A stretch of 53,128 bases of DNA from a virus: IMG/VR virus record IMGVR_UViG_3300043400_000014, positions 1 through 53,128 of that record, one strand, 5' to 3'. Positions within the stretch are counted from its first letter, which is position 1; every line of letters starts with the position of its first letter. Positions 24,538-33,745 of this stretch are shown one piece after another. The translations under genes and the position numbers were made by a program. Below the pieces are notes generated by a model. That model was not told the origin of the DNA and did no database searches. It saw only the letters and a program-made list of their open reading frames with translations.

Positions 24538-25988
24538 AGCCAATCCTTAATCTTGTCTCCAAGAATTACAGAAGCAACTTCATTTTTCGCTTTCAACGCT
24601 TCAATCGCAACTTCATCGCGCGTACCAGGACAAATTAAATCAAAATAAGTCACGTTGCGAGTTTGTCCAATTCTATGGTTGCGATCTTCAGTCTGCTTGC
24701 GATCTAATAATTTGTAACTGTTGTTGTAATAAATAGTAGTGGTTGCTTCATTCAGGGTCAACCCCTCACTCATTTGGGAGTTTGCTACAAAGTCGGTTGC
24801 TCCCCCCTTCTTGAATTCATCTTTCGACCGGGCACGCTCATCGTCGCTCAACTTCCCATCATAACGCACCGGATTGCGGCCCATAGACCGCAAAACTTCC
24901 ATGATCATATCAATATCTTTTGTCCACATTGCCCATATAATCGTTTTTCCGTTCACATCCTCCATTAAATCGCGCAACAATTTCAAACGTGGATTGTTTT
25001 CCCGGTCAATTAATTCGGTCGGCTGTTTATCACCATCTACAGGAACATAACCGCATAGCACTTGTTGCATTCTCAACAATTTTGTCATAGCTAACGGGGC
25101 GGATATTAATTCTCCAGTATCGAGAAAGGCCATAAAGTCGCGCTCCAGATCGTCATATATCCGGCGCTGCGCAGCGGTCATGTCGTAATAGCGCTTTGAA
25201 TACAATTTAGGTGGAAGGTCCAAAACATTTTCTTTCAATACCCTGGAGGATATAAGTTTTACCGCAGCGGCAAGATGTTCCAGGTTTTGGTATCCGACCA
25301 ACTGATCATACTCTTTTTTAACTACAGCATTCCAACCCTTGTCCCAAACTCCGAAAAACGACTTGAAAGCGGTGTAACTGTCGATATCTAGTTCCCTTGC
25401 CCAGAAATTGGGATCGAGAAACTTGACCTGCGTGTACATGTCAAACGGTCCTTGAGTGATCGGAGTACCGCTGAGAATGCGCCGAAAGGGAGCATGACGC
25501 CCTCCAGCCAGTATTGACAAAGTCCGTTTAGCGGTAGGTGTTTTAATGCGATGGCTTTCATCAAGCACCAAAAGACATTGGCGCTTTTTCATCATCTGCC
25601 AAACGGCTTTCTTTCCCGCAACCGTCATCCACGCGTCATAACTGATCGCCAACAAAGGTAAACCGGAATACCCGGCTAATTCAGCCACCGCAGCTTGATG
25701 CCATTTTGAACCTGATGCGTCAGATTTATACGCAAACGCCTGCATTGGAATGTCTGGGCTCATATGCGTAGGCAATTCGTCGGTGACCCAATTCCGGTGA
25801 ACCCCGTTCGGTGCCACTATGATTGCAGCGTTTACCTTCTGCTCTGTCCAAAGATGTCCCAAGGTATCGATAGTGAGTTTGGTTTTCCCCGTGCCCTGCT
25901 CCCAAAAAGCGGCAAAGCTTTCCAGATCGCGTGACGCTTCCCAAGTTTCAAGTTGATGTGCAAACGGTTTTGTGTGTGGTCTATACAT
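24534..25988 (-). CDS. SNF2-family helicase
   Basis: FWEQGTGKT (motif I), LVLDESHRIK (DExH), C-terminal helicase domain with QTEDRNHRIGQ. Start moved to ATG 25988 because ATG 26000 lies in the GAAATGGAG leader. Confidence 0.9.
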   Translation of the reverse strand: MYRPHTKPFAHQLETWEASRDLESFAAFWEQGTGKTKLTIDTLGHLWTEQKVNAAIIVAPNGVHRNWVTDELPTHMSPDIPMQAFAYKSDASGSKWHQAAVAELAGYSGLPLLAISYDAWMTVAGKKAVWQMMKKRQCLLVLDESHRIKTPTAKRTLSILAGGRHAPFRRILSGTPITQGPFDMYTQVKFLDPNFWARELDIDSYTAFKSFFGVWDKGWNAVVKKEYDQLVGYQNLEHLAAAVKLISSRVLKENVLDLPPKLYSKRYYDMTAAQRRIYDDLERDFMAFLDTGELISAPLAMTKLLRMQQVLCGYVPVDGDKQPTELIDRENNPRLKLLRDLMEDVNGKTIIWAMWTKDIDMIMEVLRSMGRNPVRYDGKLSDDERARSKDEFKKGGATDFVANSQMSEGLTLNEATTTIYYNNSYKLLDRKQTEDRNHRIGQTRNVTYFDLICPGTRDEVAIEALKAKNEVASVILGDKIKDWL

Positions 25989-26060
25989 ATGGTACTCCAT
26001 TTCTTAAATCGGAATTTACGACGGGGTATCAATTTGGGAAAGCCCAGAGTAATGTTCCAT

Positions 26061-26329
26061 CGTCTTAACGTCTTAACTTAGCACTTCCACTTACCTTGTA
26101 AGTTAAGACGGCTAAGTGATTGAAATCATCTGGAAATCTTAACTTCCCTATCTTTCTTAACTTTAAAAGGGGGGGTAGTAAATTTAGATATACACGGGGC
26201 AATATAAAGTCAGGTAAGTAAGTTAAGTAAGTTAAGATTGTCCTTTGGGCTCAAACACTTAGCCGTCTTAACTTAGCAATTCGAAACCCCGCTAAGTTAA
26301 GACGTTAAGATAAGAAATCACAACAAGAT
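26061..26329. repeat. 269-bp repeat copy B: 10 CTTAAC hexamers (5 per orientation), five CGTCTTAAC 9-mers, two inverted repeats, AT-rich core, G7 tract (26169..26175)
   Basis: Direct alignment to 52949..53001+1..216 with 1 mismatch. IR1 is 26069..26080 with 26099..26110. IR2 is 26264..26277 with 26291..26304. Confidence 0.95.
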
Positions 26330-26330
26330 A

Positions 26331-26600
26331 CTAAGAGGGGGATTGAACGACGCGGGTGCGGCTTCGAACCGTTACCGGGTGATAATGTCTGCGTTTTGAT
26401 TCGATTGAGACGGAAAGGGATTGAATCATCTGTCGGCCAGATTGTACTGATTGAACGCAATTTTTAAATTCATGTTGAAGGTTTTCGATTTCCCGTTCGC
26501 GTTCCAAAACAACTTCTTTTGGTTTGCGTCCAGATAAAAATTGTTTTAACGCTTCAAACATTTCAACGTTCCGGCGTATGAATGAGGGCGGATATGACAT
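26331..26600 (-). CDS. hypothetical protein (89 aa), last gene of the late block
   Basis: ATG 26600 with GAGGTG upstream; the stop abuts the repeat boundary. Confidence 0.5.
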   Translation of the reverse strand: MSYPPSFIRRNVEMFEALKQFLSGRKPKEVVLEREREIENLQHEFKNCVQSVQSGRQMIQSLSVSIESKRRHYHPVTVRSRTRVVQSPS

Positions 26601-26784
26601 TTTTCACCTCTGTAGCAAGCACGCTCATCTCTTTCGCGTCTTTCAATCGGGCTTCATGAAGATTATCTTTGTCTTTTTCAGCCAGTCTCCACTGCTTAAC
26701 GACCCAGACAAGGGCCAAAAGGAGAGAAACTACAATAAATATATCAAGTCGCCCCTCCTCAAGGAACTTTGTCAAATCAGTCAT
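26563..26784 (-). CDS. small single-pass membrane protein (73 aa) distal to the spanins
   Basis: Hydrophobic segment IFIVVSLLLALVWVV; 8-nt overlap with the o-spanin. Confidence 0.55.
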   Translation of the reverse strand: MTDLTKFLEEGRLDIFIVVSLLLALVWVVKQWRLAEKDKDNLHEARLKDAKEMSVLATEVKNVISALIHTPER

Positions 26785-27106
26785 TTTTCTTTAACCCGTC
26801 ATACCATGTGGAGCAGCGTTTGATTCGTAAATTGGCTTGATTGAGCGCTTGATCCGTTTTCAATAACGCTAAATCCAGGCGATCCCCTTCATTTACTCCA
26901 GACGTTTGCCAACGCCGACAATCGTTTGGGTAAACAGGAAAAACTTGCGTATTCAAAGCAGTAGAAACCAAACCAGCTTCAGTTTTCAAGCTTACTGCTT
27001 TACCCAATCTGGACTGATCAGTTATTGCGCAACTGTTCAAACAAAGAGTGATCAACGATACAAGACTTATTAACCGGAGTAGAGAGGAGTTCAGATAATT
27101 GCCCAT
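26777..27106 (-). CDS. o-spanin (outer-membrane lipoprotein)
   Basis: Signal peptide with lipobox L-N-S-C (..ITLCLNSCAI); start lies inside the 3' end of the i-spanin gene. Confidence 0.75.
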   Translation of the reverse strand: MGNYLNSSLLRLISLVSLITLCLNSCAITDQSRLGKAVSLKTEAGLVSTALNTQVFPVYPNDCRRWQTSGVNEGDRLDLALLKTDQALNQANLRIKRCSTWYDGLKKND

Positions 27107-27386
27107 TGGCGTTCTCCAGATCGGTTTGAGCTTGTTCTAAATTATCGGCGAACCGGGTGTTGGCAACGTCTAAAGCTGCAGCCCGTCCGCGTATTTCCGC
27201 GTTGATTTGCTCCAGAGCGTGGACCTTCGCTTGGGCGGCTTCCAATTCAGCGCCTACGATCAAATTTAACACAGCTTTACGAACTGTCTGACTTTTATCA
27301 AAATGAACCCAAACCCCGATAATCAATATCAACCAAATAGGGATATTGATTCCAATCGTACCAATTCGAAGAACGAGCGCCCACAT
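27018..27386 (-). CDS. i-spanin
   Basis: N-terminal TMD IPIWLILIIGVWV followed by a coiled coil. ATG 27386 shares one base with the holin TGA. Confidence 0.7.
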   Translation of the reverse strand: MWALVLRIGTIGINIPIWLILIIGVWVHFDKSQTVRKAVLNLIVGAELEAAQAKVHALEQINAEIRGRAAALDVANTRFADNLEQAQTDLENANGQLSELLSTPVNKSCIVDHSLFEQLRNN

Positions 27387-27595
27387 CACAGGTTTGACCG
27401 GCGACGGCGAAGCCATTCAGTAGCAACCCCGCTCAAAAGCAGCCAAATCGGAACCCATTCGACTGGAATAACGGCAGTCACCAGACTTGGATCAACAAAC
27501 GTTACCAGCCCAAAAAGTGCGGCAACCATGACCTGAAGCCGTGCCCAAAAAATGGTTTCGCTGAATTTGAAAAAACTTTTCACTTTATTCCACAT
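27386..27595 (-). CDS. holin (69 aa, two predicted TMDs, basic C-terminus)
   Basis: MWNKVKSFF..ARLQVMVAALFGLVTF..VPIWLLLSGVA..WLRRRRSNL. AAGGAG 7 nt upstream of ATG 27595. Lies within the longer track ORF 27386..27820. Confidence 0.6.
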   Translation of the reverse strand: MWNKVKSFFKFSETIFWARLQVMVAALFGLVTFVDPSLVTAVIPVEWVPIWLLLSGVATEWLRRRRSNL

Positions 27596-27606
27596 TGAGG
27601 GTCTCC

Positions 27607-28311
27607 TTACCGAGTGCTGTCCAGGTTGCCCGATCCGGCGGAACCTTTCAAAGCTACATAATGTTGAAACGGGAAAGTCAAAGGCCAGCGAAAAGCCATA
27701 AATTTTGAAATTGGAAAACTGGTGATGTTGATAGAATTGGATTGATTTCCCCCGAGCAGATTTACCCGGTCGCCGGTAACTCCAGCAACGATACCGACGT
27801 GACCGCTGGTTGCAGACCATTTAATCACACCGATAGCCCCAACAACGGGTCCGTGAACGTCTTTACCGAATTTGGCCCAAGCCTGAGCGAAAAACGGATT
27901 AGATGGCAAAGGTTCGGATGGGAGCGTTTTGGCAATGCAACTTTCCACAGCGTCGCCGCACCAAGGAAGGTTTTTTGGATCGCCCAAGAACCGTCCGAAT
28001 GAGCGCAGCCAACTTGACAACGCTGCGTTGTCTTTTACCTCGTTGAGACCCATTTTGCGATGCATTTCCGCCATCCAGGGCGGCATTCGAGGTTCGCTCC
28101 AAAGAGGAACGGGTGCGGCAAAAGTCGATTTTGTCGGTTCCTGGCGCAAAGCTTCGATTGTGGCCGTACCCGCCACCCCCGTTTCAGGCAACCCTTGGGC
28201 TTTTTGAAAAGCTTGAAGGGCAATAATTGAACTGCGGCCCCAATCCCCGTCGGAACTGATTTGAGCGCCGTGAGCAATAAGGCGACTTTGTAGCCAATTT
28301 TCAAATTTCAT
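27607..28311 (-). CDS. endolysin: N-terminal peptidoglycan-binding domain plus NlpC/P60/CHAP-like (TIGR02594-like) domain
   Basis: DGDWGRSSIIALQAFQKAQGLPETGVAG (PG_binding_1-like); candidate catalytic Cys in LPWCGDAV and His in SGHVGIV. Confidence 0.75.
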   Translation of the reverse strand: MKFENWLQSRLIAHGAQISSDGDWGRSSIIALQAFQKAQGLPETGVAGTATIEALRQEPTKSTFAAPVPLWSEPRMPPWMAEMHRKMGLNEVKDNAALSSWLRSFGRFLGDPKNLPWCGDAVESCIAKTLPSEPLPSNPFFAQAWAKFGKDVHGPVVGAIGVIKWSATSGHVGIVAGVTGDRVNLLGGNQSNSINITSFPISKFMAFRWPLTFPFQHYVALKGSAGSGNLDSTR

Positions 28312-28322
28312 AATTCACTCCC

Positions 28323-28823
28323 TTAAGGCCAGTATTGATCGTCGGTATAATCAGGCGGGATCGGGTTCATTTTCTGCAGGTCAAATGAGGCCTGAAAGAT
28401 TGGCTGGCGAACCTCTCCAGCATGTAAAAGCACACTCTGCCATTCAAGCGCCGTTACAGTGGCAGGGCCGGTATCGGTCAGGACGCCAATCGTAACCGTT
28501 GATCCCAGGCCGAGATTGATTGCCGCATTGGCAACCACATTCACTTCATCCCAGTTTTTCCGGTCATCCTCCGTTGTGCCGATCCGATGGACGCCACGGG
28601 CATCACCAAAATTATAATCAAAGCCCAGCGCCAGACGGCGCTTGCGTTCAGCCGCCACCATGTCAATGGTAACGTTCTGCTCAGGCCCGATATAAGGTTC
28701 TGCGATACCCCCATCTGCGACCCACGCCAGATACTCGCGATAATCATTGTTCCGATCATCGGCAGGGATAGTGGTGTTGTCAGAGAGCCGGATAATCGCA
28801 TCTGTGCGTGTCAATTTGTACAT
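28323..28823 (-). CDS. tail-fibre-associated protein (DUF4376-like, possible fibre assembly factor)
   Basis: Position after the fibre genes; AAERKRRLALGFDYNFGD.. segment. Confidence 0.45.
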   Translation of the reverse strand: MYKLTRTDAIIRLSDNTTIPADDRNNDYREYLAWVADGGIAEPYIGPEQNVTIDMVAAERKRRLALGFDYNFGDARGVHRIGTTEDDRKNWDEVNVVANAAINLGLGSTVTIGVLTDTGPATVTALEWQSVLLHAGEVRQPIFQASFDLQKMNPIPPDYTDDQYWP

Positions 28824-28826
28824 TAG

Positions 28827-29972
28827 TTAAATCCTTGAAAAGAATTTGATATTTGAATACTGACCTCTGGCCATACTCGTGGTAGTCGTAAAGGTGAATG
28901 ACGTAAACGTGCATCCCGTAGGTCCAGTTGCAATACCTCCATCTGATGGCATGTTCCCAAGGTCAGCGTAGGTATATGTGACCGACGGTGCTGCTCTCAT
29001 GGTAGTGGGAAAGTTCATATTTTGCGTGACTGTAACAGGACCGGCACCGGCTGTCAGTCCTGCCAGAGTGACATTCTCCTCTTTTACAAAACAATACCTT
29101 TGGCATCTATGAAGCTGTTCCGAATAATTCAGATGCTCATATCCTGTGGCAACATCGCTTCTTTCTACTTGGACGCCAGTGACTGATATTGTTCCTGACG
29201 TAAAAGCCCCGCCATTATTCGGATAGACATTCAGATTAAGACCATTGGCCGCACCGGCAGGCAGATTGCCGGTGACAGCCGTAAATGTCTGTGCCGTTGT
29301 CGTCGCATTCCATGTCCCGGATGCGATAACCGTAACCCCGTCACCCCAGTTGTTTTCAACATTTGGGTGCTGCAATTCCCATTTGACTGTTTGTGCAGAG
29401 GAGACTTGTATGTTCGCTTGAATAGCGCATGGACGACCAACAAAATGACCGGTGTCCGCTGCTTCGATCCTTGTAGAGTAATTTGCTTGGGTATTTCCAG
29501 CGACCCCAGTCAGTCGTTGCGCTTTTCTGAAACCAGCCGGACCCGCAACTTGATTAACCGCAACAGCCGCCCCCTGCCAGGCAACAATCCAGCCATCAAT
29601 TGTATAAGACCCACTTGCAGGACTTGGAAAACTTGTCCCTGTCTGCGCAACACTCATGTCGCCGTTCAGAACGATATTTCTCTTGGATTTGGCATCCACT
29701 TCTGCTTTTGTGTACGTTGTCGCTGAATTTGCTTTCGCGGCAAGGGCATTGGTGATGGTTGTTGCAAAATTAGCATCATCGGCTAAGGCAGCAGCTAATT
29801 CATTAAGCGTATCAAGCGAAGATGGTGACCCGTCAACAATCAGAGCCGTAACCAAGTCAGCGACTTGTTGAATCGTTAATTTTTCAGTAACTCCGTCACG
29901 AGATGCTGGAAAACTATAATCAAGTGCCGGGGTTAAAGAGGCCGGTAATTCGCTGATTTTGATACCAACCAT
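28827..29972 (-). CDS. tail fibre protein
   Basis: N-terminal ISELP..SLDTLNELAAALADDANFATTITNALAAKA fibre motif; Gly/Thr/Ala-rich C-terminus. Confidence 0.7.
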   Translation of the reverse strand: MVGIKISELPASLTPALDYSFPASRDGVTEKLTIQQVADLVTALIVDGSPSSLDTLNELAAALADDANFATTITNALAAKANSATTYTKAEVDAKSKRNIVLNGDMSVAQTGTSFPSPASGSYTIDGWIVAWQGAAVAVNQVAGPAGFRKAQRLTGVAGNTQANYSTRIEAADTGHFVGRPCAIQANIQVSSAQTVKWELQHPNVENNWGDGVTVIASGTWNATTTAQTFTAVTGNLPAGAANGLNLNVYPNNGGAFTSGTISVTGVQVERSDVATGYEHLNYSEQLHRCQRYCFVKEENVTLAGLTAGAGPVTVTQNMNFPTTMRAAPSVTYTYADLGNMPSDGGIATGPTGCTFTSFTFTTTTSMARGQYSNIKFFSRI

Positions 29973-29975
29973 GTC

Positions 29976-30899
29976 TTACGTCCTTGCCCCCCAACCGATG
30001 TTAATATCAACGTCGCCTTGGCCCCAAACCATTAATTGATAACGACTTCTAACGTCAATACCAAAATTGAATTCCCCGGTATTATTGATAGTTTCCACAT
30101 CGTTAATCCATCGAATATACCCATCCGGTCTACGAGCAAAATTAAGGTCAATTATTGCACCTTGTGTAATAGATTGTCCACTCATTCCAAATCCGGCGGC
30201 TCCTTCAGCAACTCGATCACCGAGAGAACCCTTGGCTGCTACGTTTTCCCCAACTGCCCGTATATCGTGAGCATTTTTCAAATTTGTAATGGTAGCCACA
30301 TTCGATGAGTTTGTAATAACCCGAGAAACCAACATATCGTCGTAATGGGTATCAAAAGCCGGGTCTATTTCAAGAAGTCCAGACGTGTTATAAGTCCCAT
30401 TTGATAAATCATTCAAAGTGAACCCATTTGTTGGGTTCCATCGCAAATGATAAGTTTTATTCGCAACCGTATTAAAATCGGTTTGGGCGCTTGTAAACTC
30501 ATAAACACCTCTATGGATTACACTAACGCCGCCCGGAACGCGAATGACGCCTCCAGTTGGAGACGAAACGTTTAGCTTATTATCGGACCCGACTATTTCC
30601 GGATAAATGGGAAGACGCGCTCTTGCTTGAGACATCAACAAATATGTGGACGTATTACCGCCGCCAGTTGCGGTATCGATCATTGCTTCAACAGCTTTTC
30701 GCAATTGAGTGAGATCGCCATCTGAACCCACAAGTCCAGCAAACGAAATAATATTCCCGATTTCAGCTTCCAAGCGGTGGAACAAACCGTTAAACAATTG
30801 CAAATCAGCCGGACCGCAAGGGAAACCGTTGATTTTTTCGTCATTTGAAGGAGAACGTCTACCGGAATTTGATCCAAATGGAGTGGTAAAATCGGCCAT
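29976..30899 (-). CDS. tail fibre / baseplate-attached receptor-binding protein
   Basis: Position between baseplate and fibre genes; N-terminal NGFPCGPADLQLFNGLFHRLE. Confidence 0.5.
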   Translation of the reverse strand: MADFTTPFGSNSGRRSPSNDEKINGFPCGPADLQLFNGLFHRLEAEIGNIISFAGLVGSDGDLTQLRKAVEAMIDTATGGGNTSTYLLMSQARARLPIYPEIVGSDNKLNVSSPTGGVIRVPGGVSVIHRGVYEFTSAQTDFNTVANKTYHLRWNPTNGFTLNDLSNGTYNTSGLLEIDPAFDTHYDDMLVSRVITNSSNVATITNLKNAHDIRAVGENVAAKGSLGDRVAEGAAGFGMSGQSITQGAIIDLNFARRPDGYIRWINDVETINNTGEFNFGIDVRSRYQLMVWGQGDVDINIGWGART

Positions 30900-30913
30900 G
30901 AGTAAGATTTCCT

Positions 30914-31831
30914 TTAACAGTCGTAAGGTCGGACGTCGATTTCACACATCCAGGGTGCGCCTTGACGACACATCCAAGCAGCGTTCTCGGTTAAAGCTGT
31001 ACTATAAAGTGTTTGTCCAAACTCGTCAAGGATTGGTTCTCCGGTTTCAGTCAACAACGGTAAACCTTCAGTTTCCCAATTTTCGCAAAATCCGCCGTAG
31101 TCTCCGCAAAAACCAAATATTTTTCCGGTTCTTTGAAAAGCTTGAGTAGATTGCGTTACGTCAATTCGTTCTTCATTTAAACCGCCCCAACCTTCTCCAA
31201 ATCCAAAAACGCGAGTTTCTCCAAAATGAAAAAGAAGTCGAATGCCCAAAGCAACCGGAAGAACGCGGGGGTAAAGTTGTAAGATTAAAAGTTCAGAATT
31301 AGTCAAATCGCGACCAGGAGTAGCAACAACGCGTCCTTGGCCGGAATAAAGCACAAAAGCACTATCCCCAAAAAATTCTTTTAAACATTCTTCTAAACTA
31401 ACAAGATCGAACTGTTGATTAAACTGGCGAAGTCGAACGCGAAGAAACGATCTGTATAAATTATCGTCTGTTATACATATTTCGGATAAACCATTCGAAC
31501 ATTCTGCCCAAGATACCGGTAACGTTTCGCAAAAACCAGCAACCGGTCTTACGTTAATCCCCTCTGGGCAATCAAACCCAAATACCGGGTTCACATTACA
31601 AACGCAATGACAACGAGGCCAACCAAGACGTTTTCCCAGCAGTGTGAGTTGATCGCCGGAAGCTGAATTAATATCAAACAAATCCGGCAAATTGCAAATC
31701 TGAACGTGATTAGTCGATATCGAACTTAGATAAGTTCGAAGTACGTGAAGTAATTTCGGACTTTCTCGATATTGGGTAAGAACCCGATCAAGTCTTTCAT
31801 CCGTCATTTCAACAACTGTTGGACAGTTCAT
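30914..31831 (-). CDS. baseplate protein (DUF2612-like)
   Basis: LTQYRESPKLLHVLRTYL N-terminus; position after the baseplate J gene. Confidence 0.5.
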   Translation of the reverse strand: MNCPTVVEMTDERLDRVLTQYRESPKLLHVLRTYLSSISTNHVQICNLPDLFDINSASGDQLTLLGKRLGWPRCHCVCNVNPVFGFDCPEGINVRPVAGFCETLPVSWAECSNGLSEICITDDNLYRSFLRVRLRQFNQQFDLVSLEECLKEFFGDSAFVLYSGQGRVVATPGRDLTNSELLILQLYPRVLPVALGIRLLFHFGETRVFGFGEGWGGLNEERIDVTQSTQAFQRTGKIFGFCGDYGGFCENWETEGLPLLTETGEPILDEFGQTLYSTALTENAAWMCRQGAPWMCEIDVRPYDC

Positions 31832-32712
31832 ATTACTAGAACCTCCAAGTCTAGATTAGCTATTTCAGTAAAACCAATCAGAATGTCTTGATTTAAATTT
31901 AAAGGTCCGCCGTCTCGACTTGCGATAAACGATACAAACTCAACGGTTGAAAATAACCCTTCAATAATACTTCTTATTTGATAGGGTGTGACGTCCATTC
32001 CGTTTTGACGTCGTTGTTCCCAAGCTGATAAGGTTTGAGTCTTTATAGCAATAATAGAAGGCGGCGGACAACCATTTCTATCGCGCCGGAGACGAATATT
32101 AACAATCACCTCAACGTTAACTATAGTCGGTCTGATAATACTCACAGACCGACAAAAACCGTTAACGTTGGAATTTAAGACTACATTACCAAAAGTGCTT
32201 ACTCCTGGAACAATATATGACCTTAAAACTTCTGCAATTTCAGCGTCAGAACCTCCAATCACAGCGGCAGCAACAAAACCTCTTTGTAATTCCGCGTTTT
32301 CAGTTTCTCCTGAATCATTAACAAAAACTTGAGCGTAAGTTACACCACTTAAATTTTTCAAAGCTTGAGCTAAATCTTGAATATCAATTCGGGCTTGACC
32401 TAAATTGGTAATAGCCCGACGCAATTCAGCGTCTGACATTGAACCCCTGGAAATAAGGCGCAAACGTGCAAGAGTATCCAAACGTACCCCTTCAGCCTGA
32501 TCCGGGTCATACGATTGGTACAAGTCCAAGTTGCGTTCATCAATTTCAGCCAGAAGGTCGGCCATGAGACCGTTCAATTGCCCAAGAGGCGTTTGCGGCG
32601 TCTGGATAACTCCTGGACCGAATTCAGTGACCATAGCAGCTTCCAATTCAGCAAGAATAACGCTGATTGGTTTGCGCACATATCCGGTTGGTTGAATACC
32701 GTAATCGGTCAT
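31828..32712 (-). CDS. baseplate J-like protein
   Basis: Size, position and N-terminal GYVRKPISVILAELEAAMVTEFG; ATGA coupling at both ends. Confidence 0.65.
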   Translation of the reverse strand: MTDYGIQPTGYVRKPISVILAELEAAMVTEFGPGVIQTPQTPLGQLNGLMADLLAEIDERNLDLYQSYDPDQAEGVRLDTLARLRLISRGSMSDAELRRAITNLGQARIDIQDLAQALKNLSGVTYAQVFVNDSGETENAELQRGFVAAAVIGGSDAEIAEVLRSYIVPGVSTFGNVVLNSNVNGFCRSVSIIRPTIVNVEVIVNIRLRRDRNGCPPPSIIAIKTQTLSAWEQRRQNGMDVTPYQIRSIIEGLFSTVEFVSFIASRDGGPLNLNQDILIGFTEIANLDLEVLVI

Positions 32713-33083
32713 ATGTTTACCTCTTGTTCATATTCAGTAACGATGTCAATGTTGAAAGCGCTCAATCCACGAGTGGAATTATCAAACCGGACGCTGAATG
32801 AACTTATATCGGTTACGCCGTCCGTGTCTAGTATTTCGGCTTTCAAAACGCTCTCAGCCATAATCGGATCGTATTGATGACCAACAATATCCCGTATCCA
32901 AGGAACTCCAACTTGATTATCCAAAAACCATTCACCCTCGTACGTCATCAAGCGGACCCGAACATGTTGGCCGACGGCTTCTGCATTTTTCACTACAGCA
33001 AGAGAACCGAATTCATCCAGATAAAGGTCGGCTGGAGCAGAACCGTCACGCCGTAGGGCTAATCCAAATCGTTCAATAGTCAC
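32709..33083 (-). CDS. small baseplate wedge protein (Mu gp46 / gpW-like)
   Basis: QHVRVRLMTYEGEWFLDNQVGVPW motif; GTG start with a GTGA overlap. Confidence 0.5.
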   Translation of the reverse strand: MTIERFGLALRRDGSAPADLYLDEFGSLAVVKNAEAVGQHVRVRLMTYEGEWFLDNQVGVPWIRDIVGHQYDPIMAESVLKAEILDTDGVTDISSFSVRFDNSTRGLSAFNIDIVTEYEQEVNI

Positions 33084-33745
33084 AGCGCCATACTCCTCAA
33101 CTTCCCAGCAATTTCCGAATATTGGGCTTGTTTTTCGAGAGCGTGTCCAGTTCCCGCTGAAGAACCATAGTTGATTTGAAGCGTATCAGCAGCAAGTAAC
33201 TCAACAACTTGTGTGAGAAGGTCAAACCAATTTCCTTGCGCCCCTACAATTTTGAATTTTCCATCCTCGCTCATTTCAATTTTGAAATCGCCTGAAGCGC
33301 TTCGAATTTCCATATTTGAAGCATTAAAATTTGAAATAGGTTCACTGATCGGTTCCCCGCCGTCTAAAAAAGCTTCCATGTCGGATAAACTGAAACTCCG
33401 ACTATCGTTTTTGGAAGTGTACTCGCCGCCGGTATGGTATTCCTCACTGGAACGCATCTGCGGACGCAAAGTCACCTTATCTCCAGGTTTAATTGGAGAC
33501 GTGATTACAAAACCCCCCGCGCGAGTAAACCGCACCGGAACCTCTTCAAGTTGAGGCATGTCAATTGGTTCGCCGTTATGTTTGGGTTTATAATTCGGTT
33601 GGATCGACGCAGTTTGCGTTGTTGGGTCAAATGATACAACAGTTCCAGAAATCTCACCCCATTGGGTTTCGCGTTCAGCTTGGGCCTGGGTTGCCACGAC
33701 TTCCCGGCGCGAGTTGGTAGTTTTTCCTCTGTAACCAAGGCTCAT
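33080..33745 (-). CDS. baseplate central spike (gpV / gp138-N-like OB fold)
   Basis: GTVVSFDPTTQTASIQP..VPVRFTRAGGFVITSPIKPGDKVTL. Confidence 0.55.
   Translation of the reverse strand: MSLGYRGKTTNSRREVVATQAQAERETQWGEISGTVVSFDPTTQTASIQPNYKPKHNGEPIDMPQLEEVPVRFTRAGGFVITSPIKPGDKVTLRPQMRSSEEYHTGGEYTSKNDSRSFSLSDMEAFLDGGEPISEPISNFNASNMEIRSASGDFKIEMSEDGKFKIVGAQGNWFDLLTQVVELLAADTLQINYGSSAGTGHALEKQAQYSEIAGKLRSMAL

Noticed and set aside
24921-24935. Canonical DnaA boxes (TTATCCACA) as targets for the DnaA-IV-like protein
   Set aside because: I saw only imperfect matches, for example TTGTCCACA within the SNF2 gene. A systematic scan was not possible by eye, so no DnaA-box cluster or origin is claimed.
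26276-26292. tRNA-like TTCGAAA (T-loop-like) inside the repeat, and GGTTCAAGTTCC at about 23495..23510
   Set aside because: The flanking bases cannot form a T-arm, acceptor stem or D-arm. No cloverleaf could be drawn on either strand.
26061-26329. CRISPR array or transposon ends as an explanation for the TCTTAAC-rich repeats
   Set aside because: The motifs are 6-9 nt, irregularly spaced and in both orientations, with no repeat-spacer periodicity. No cas, transposase or integrase gene is present. The two copies are direct repeats and not inverted ends.
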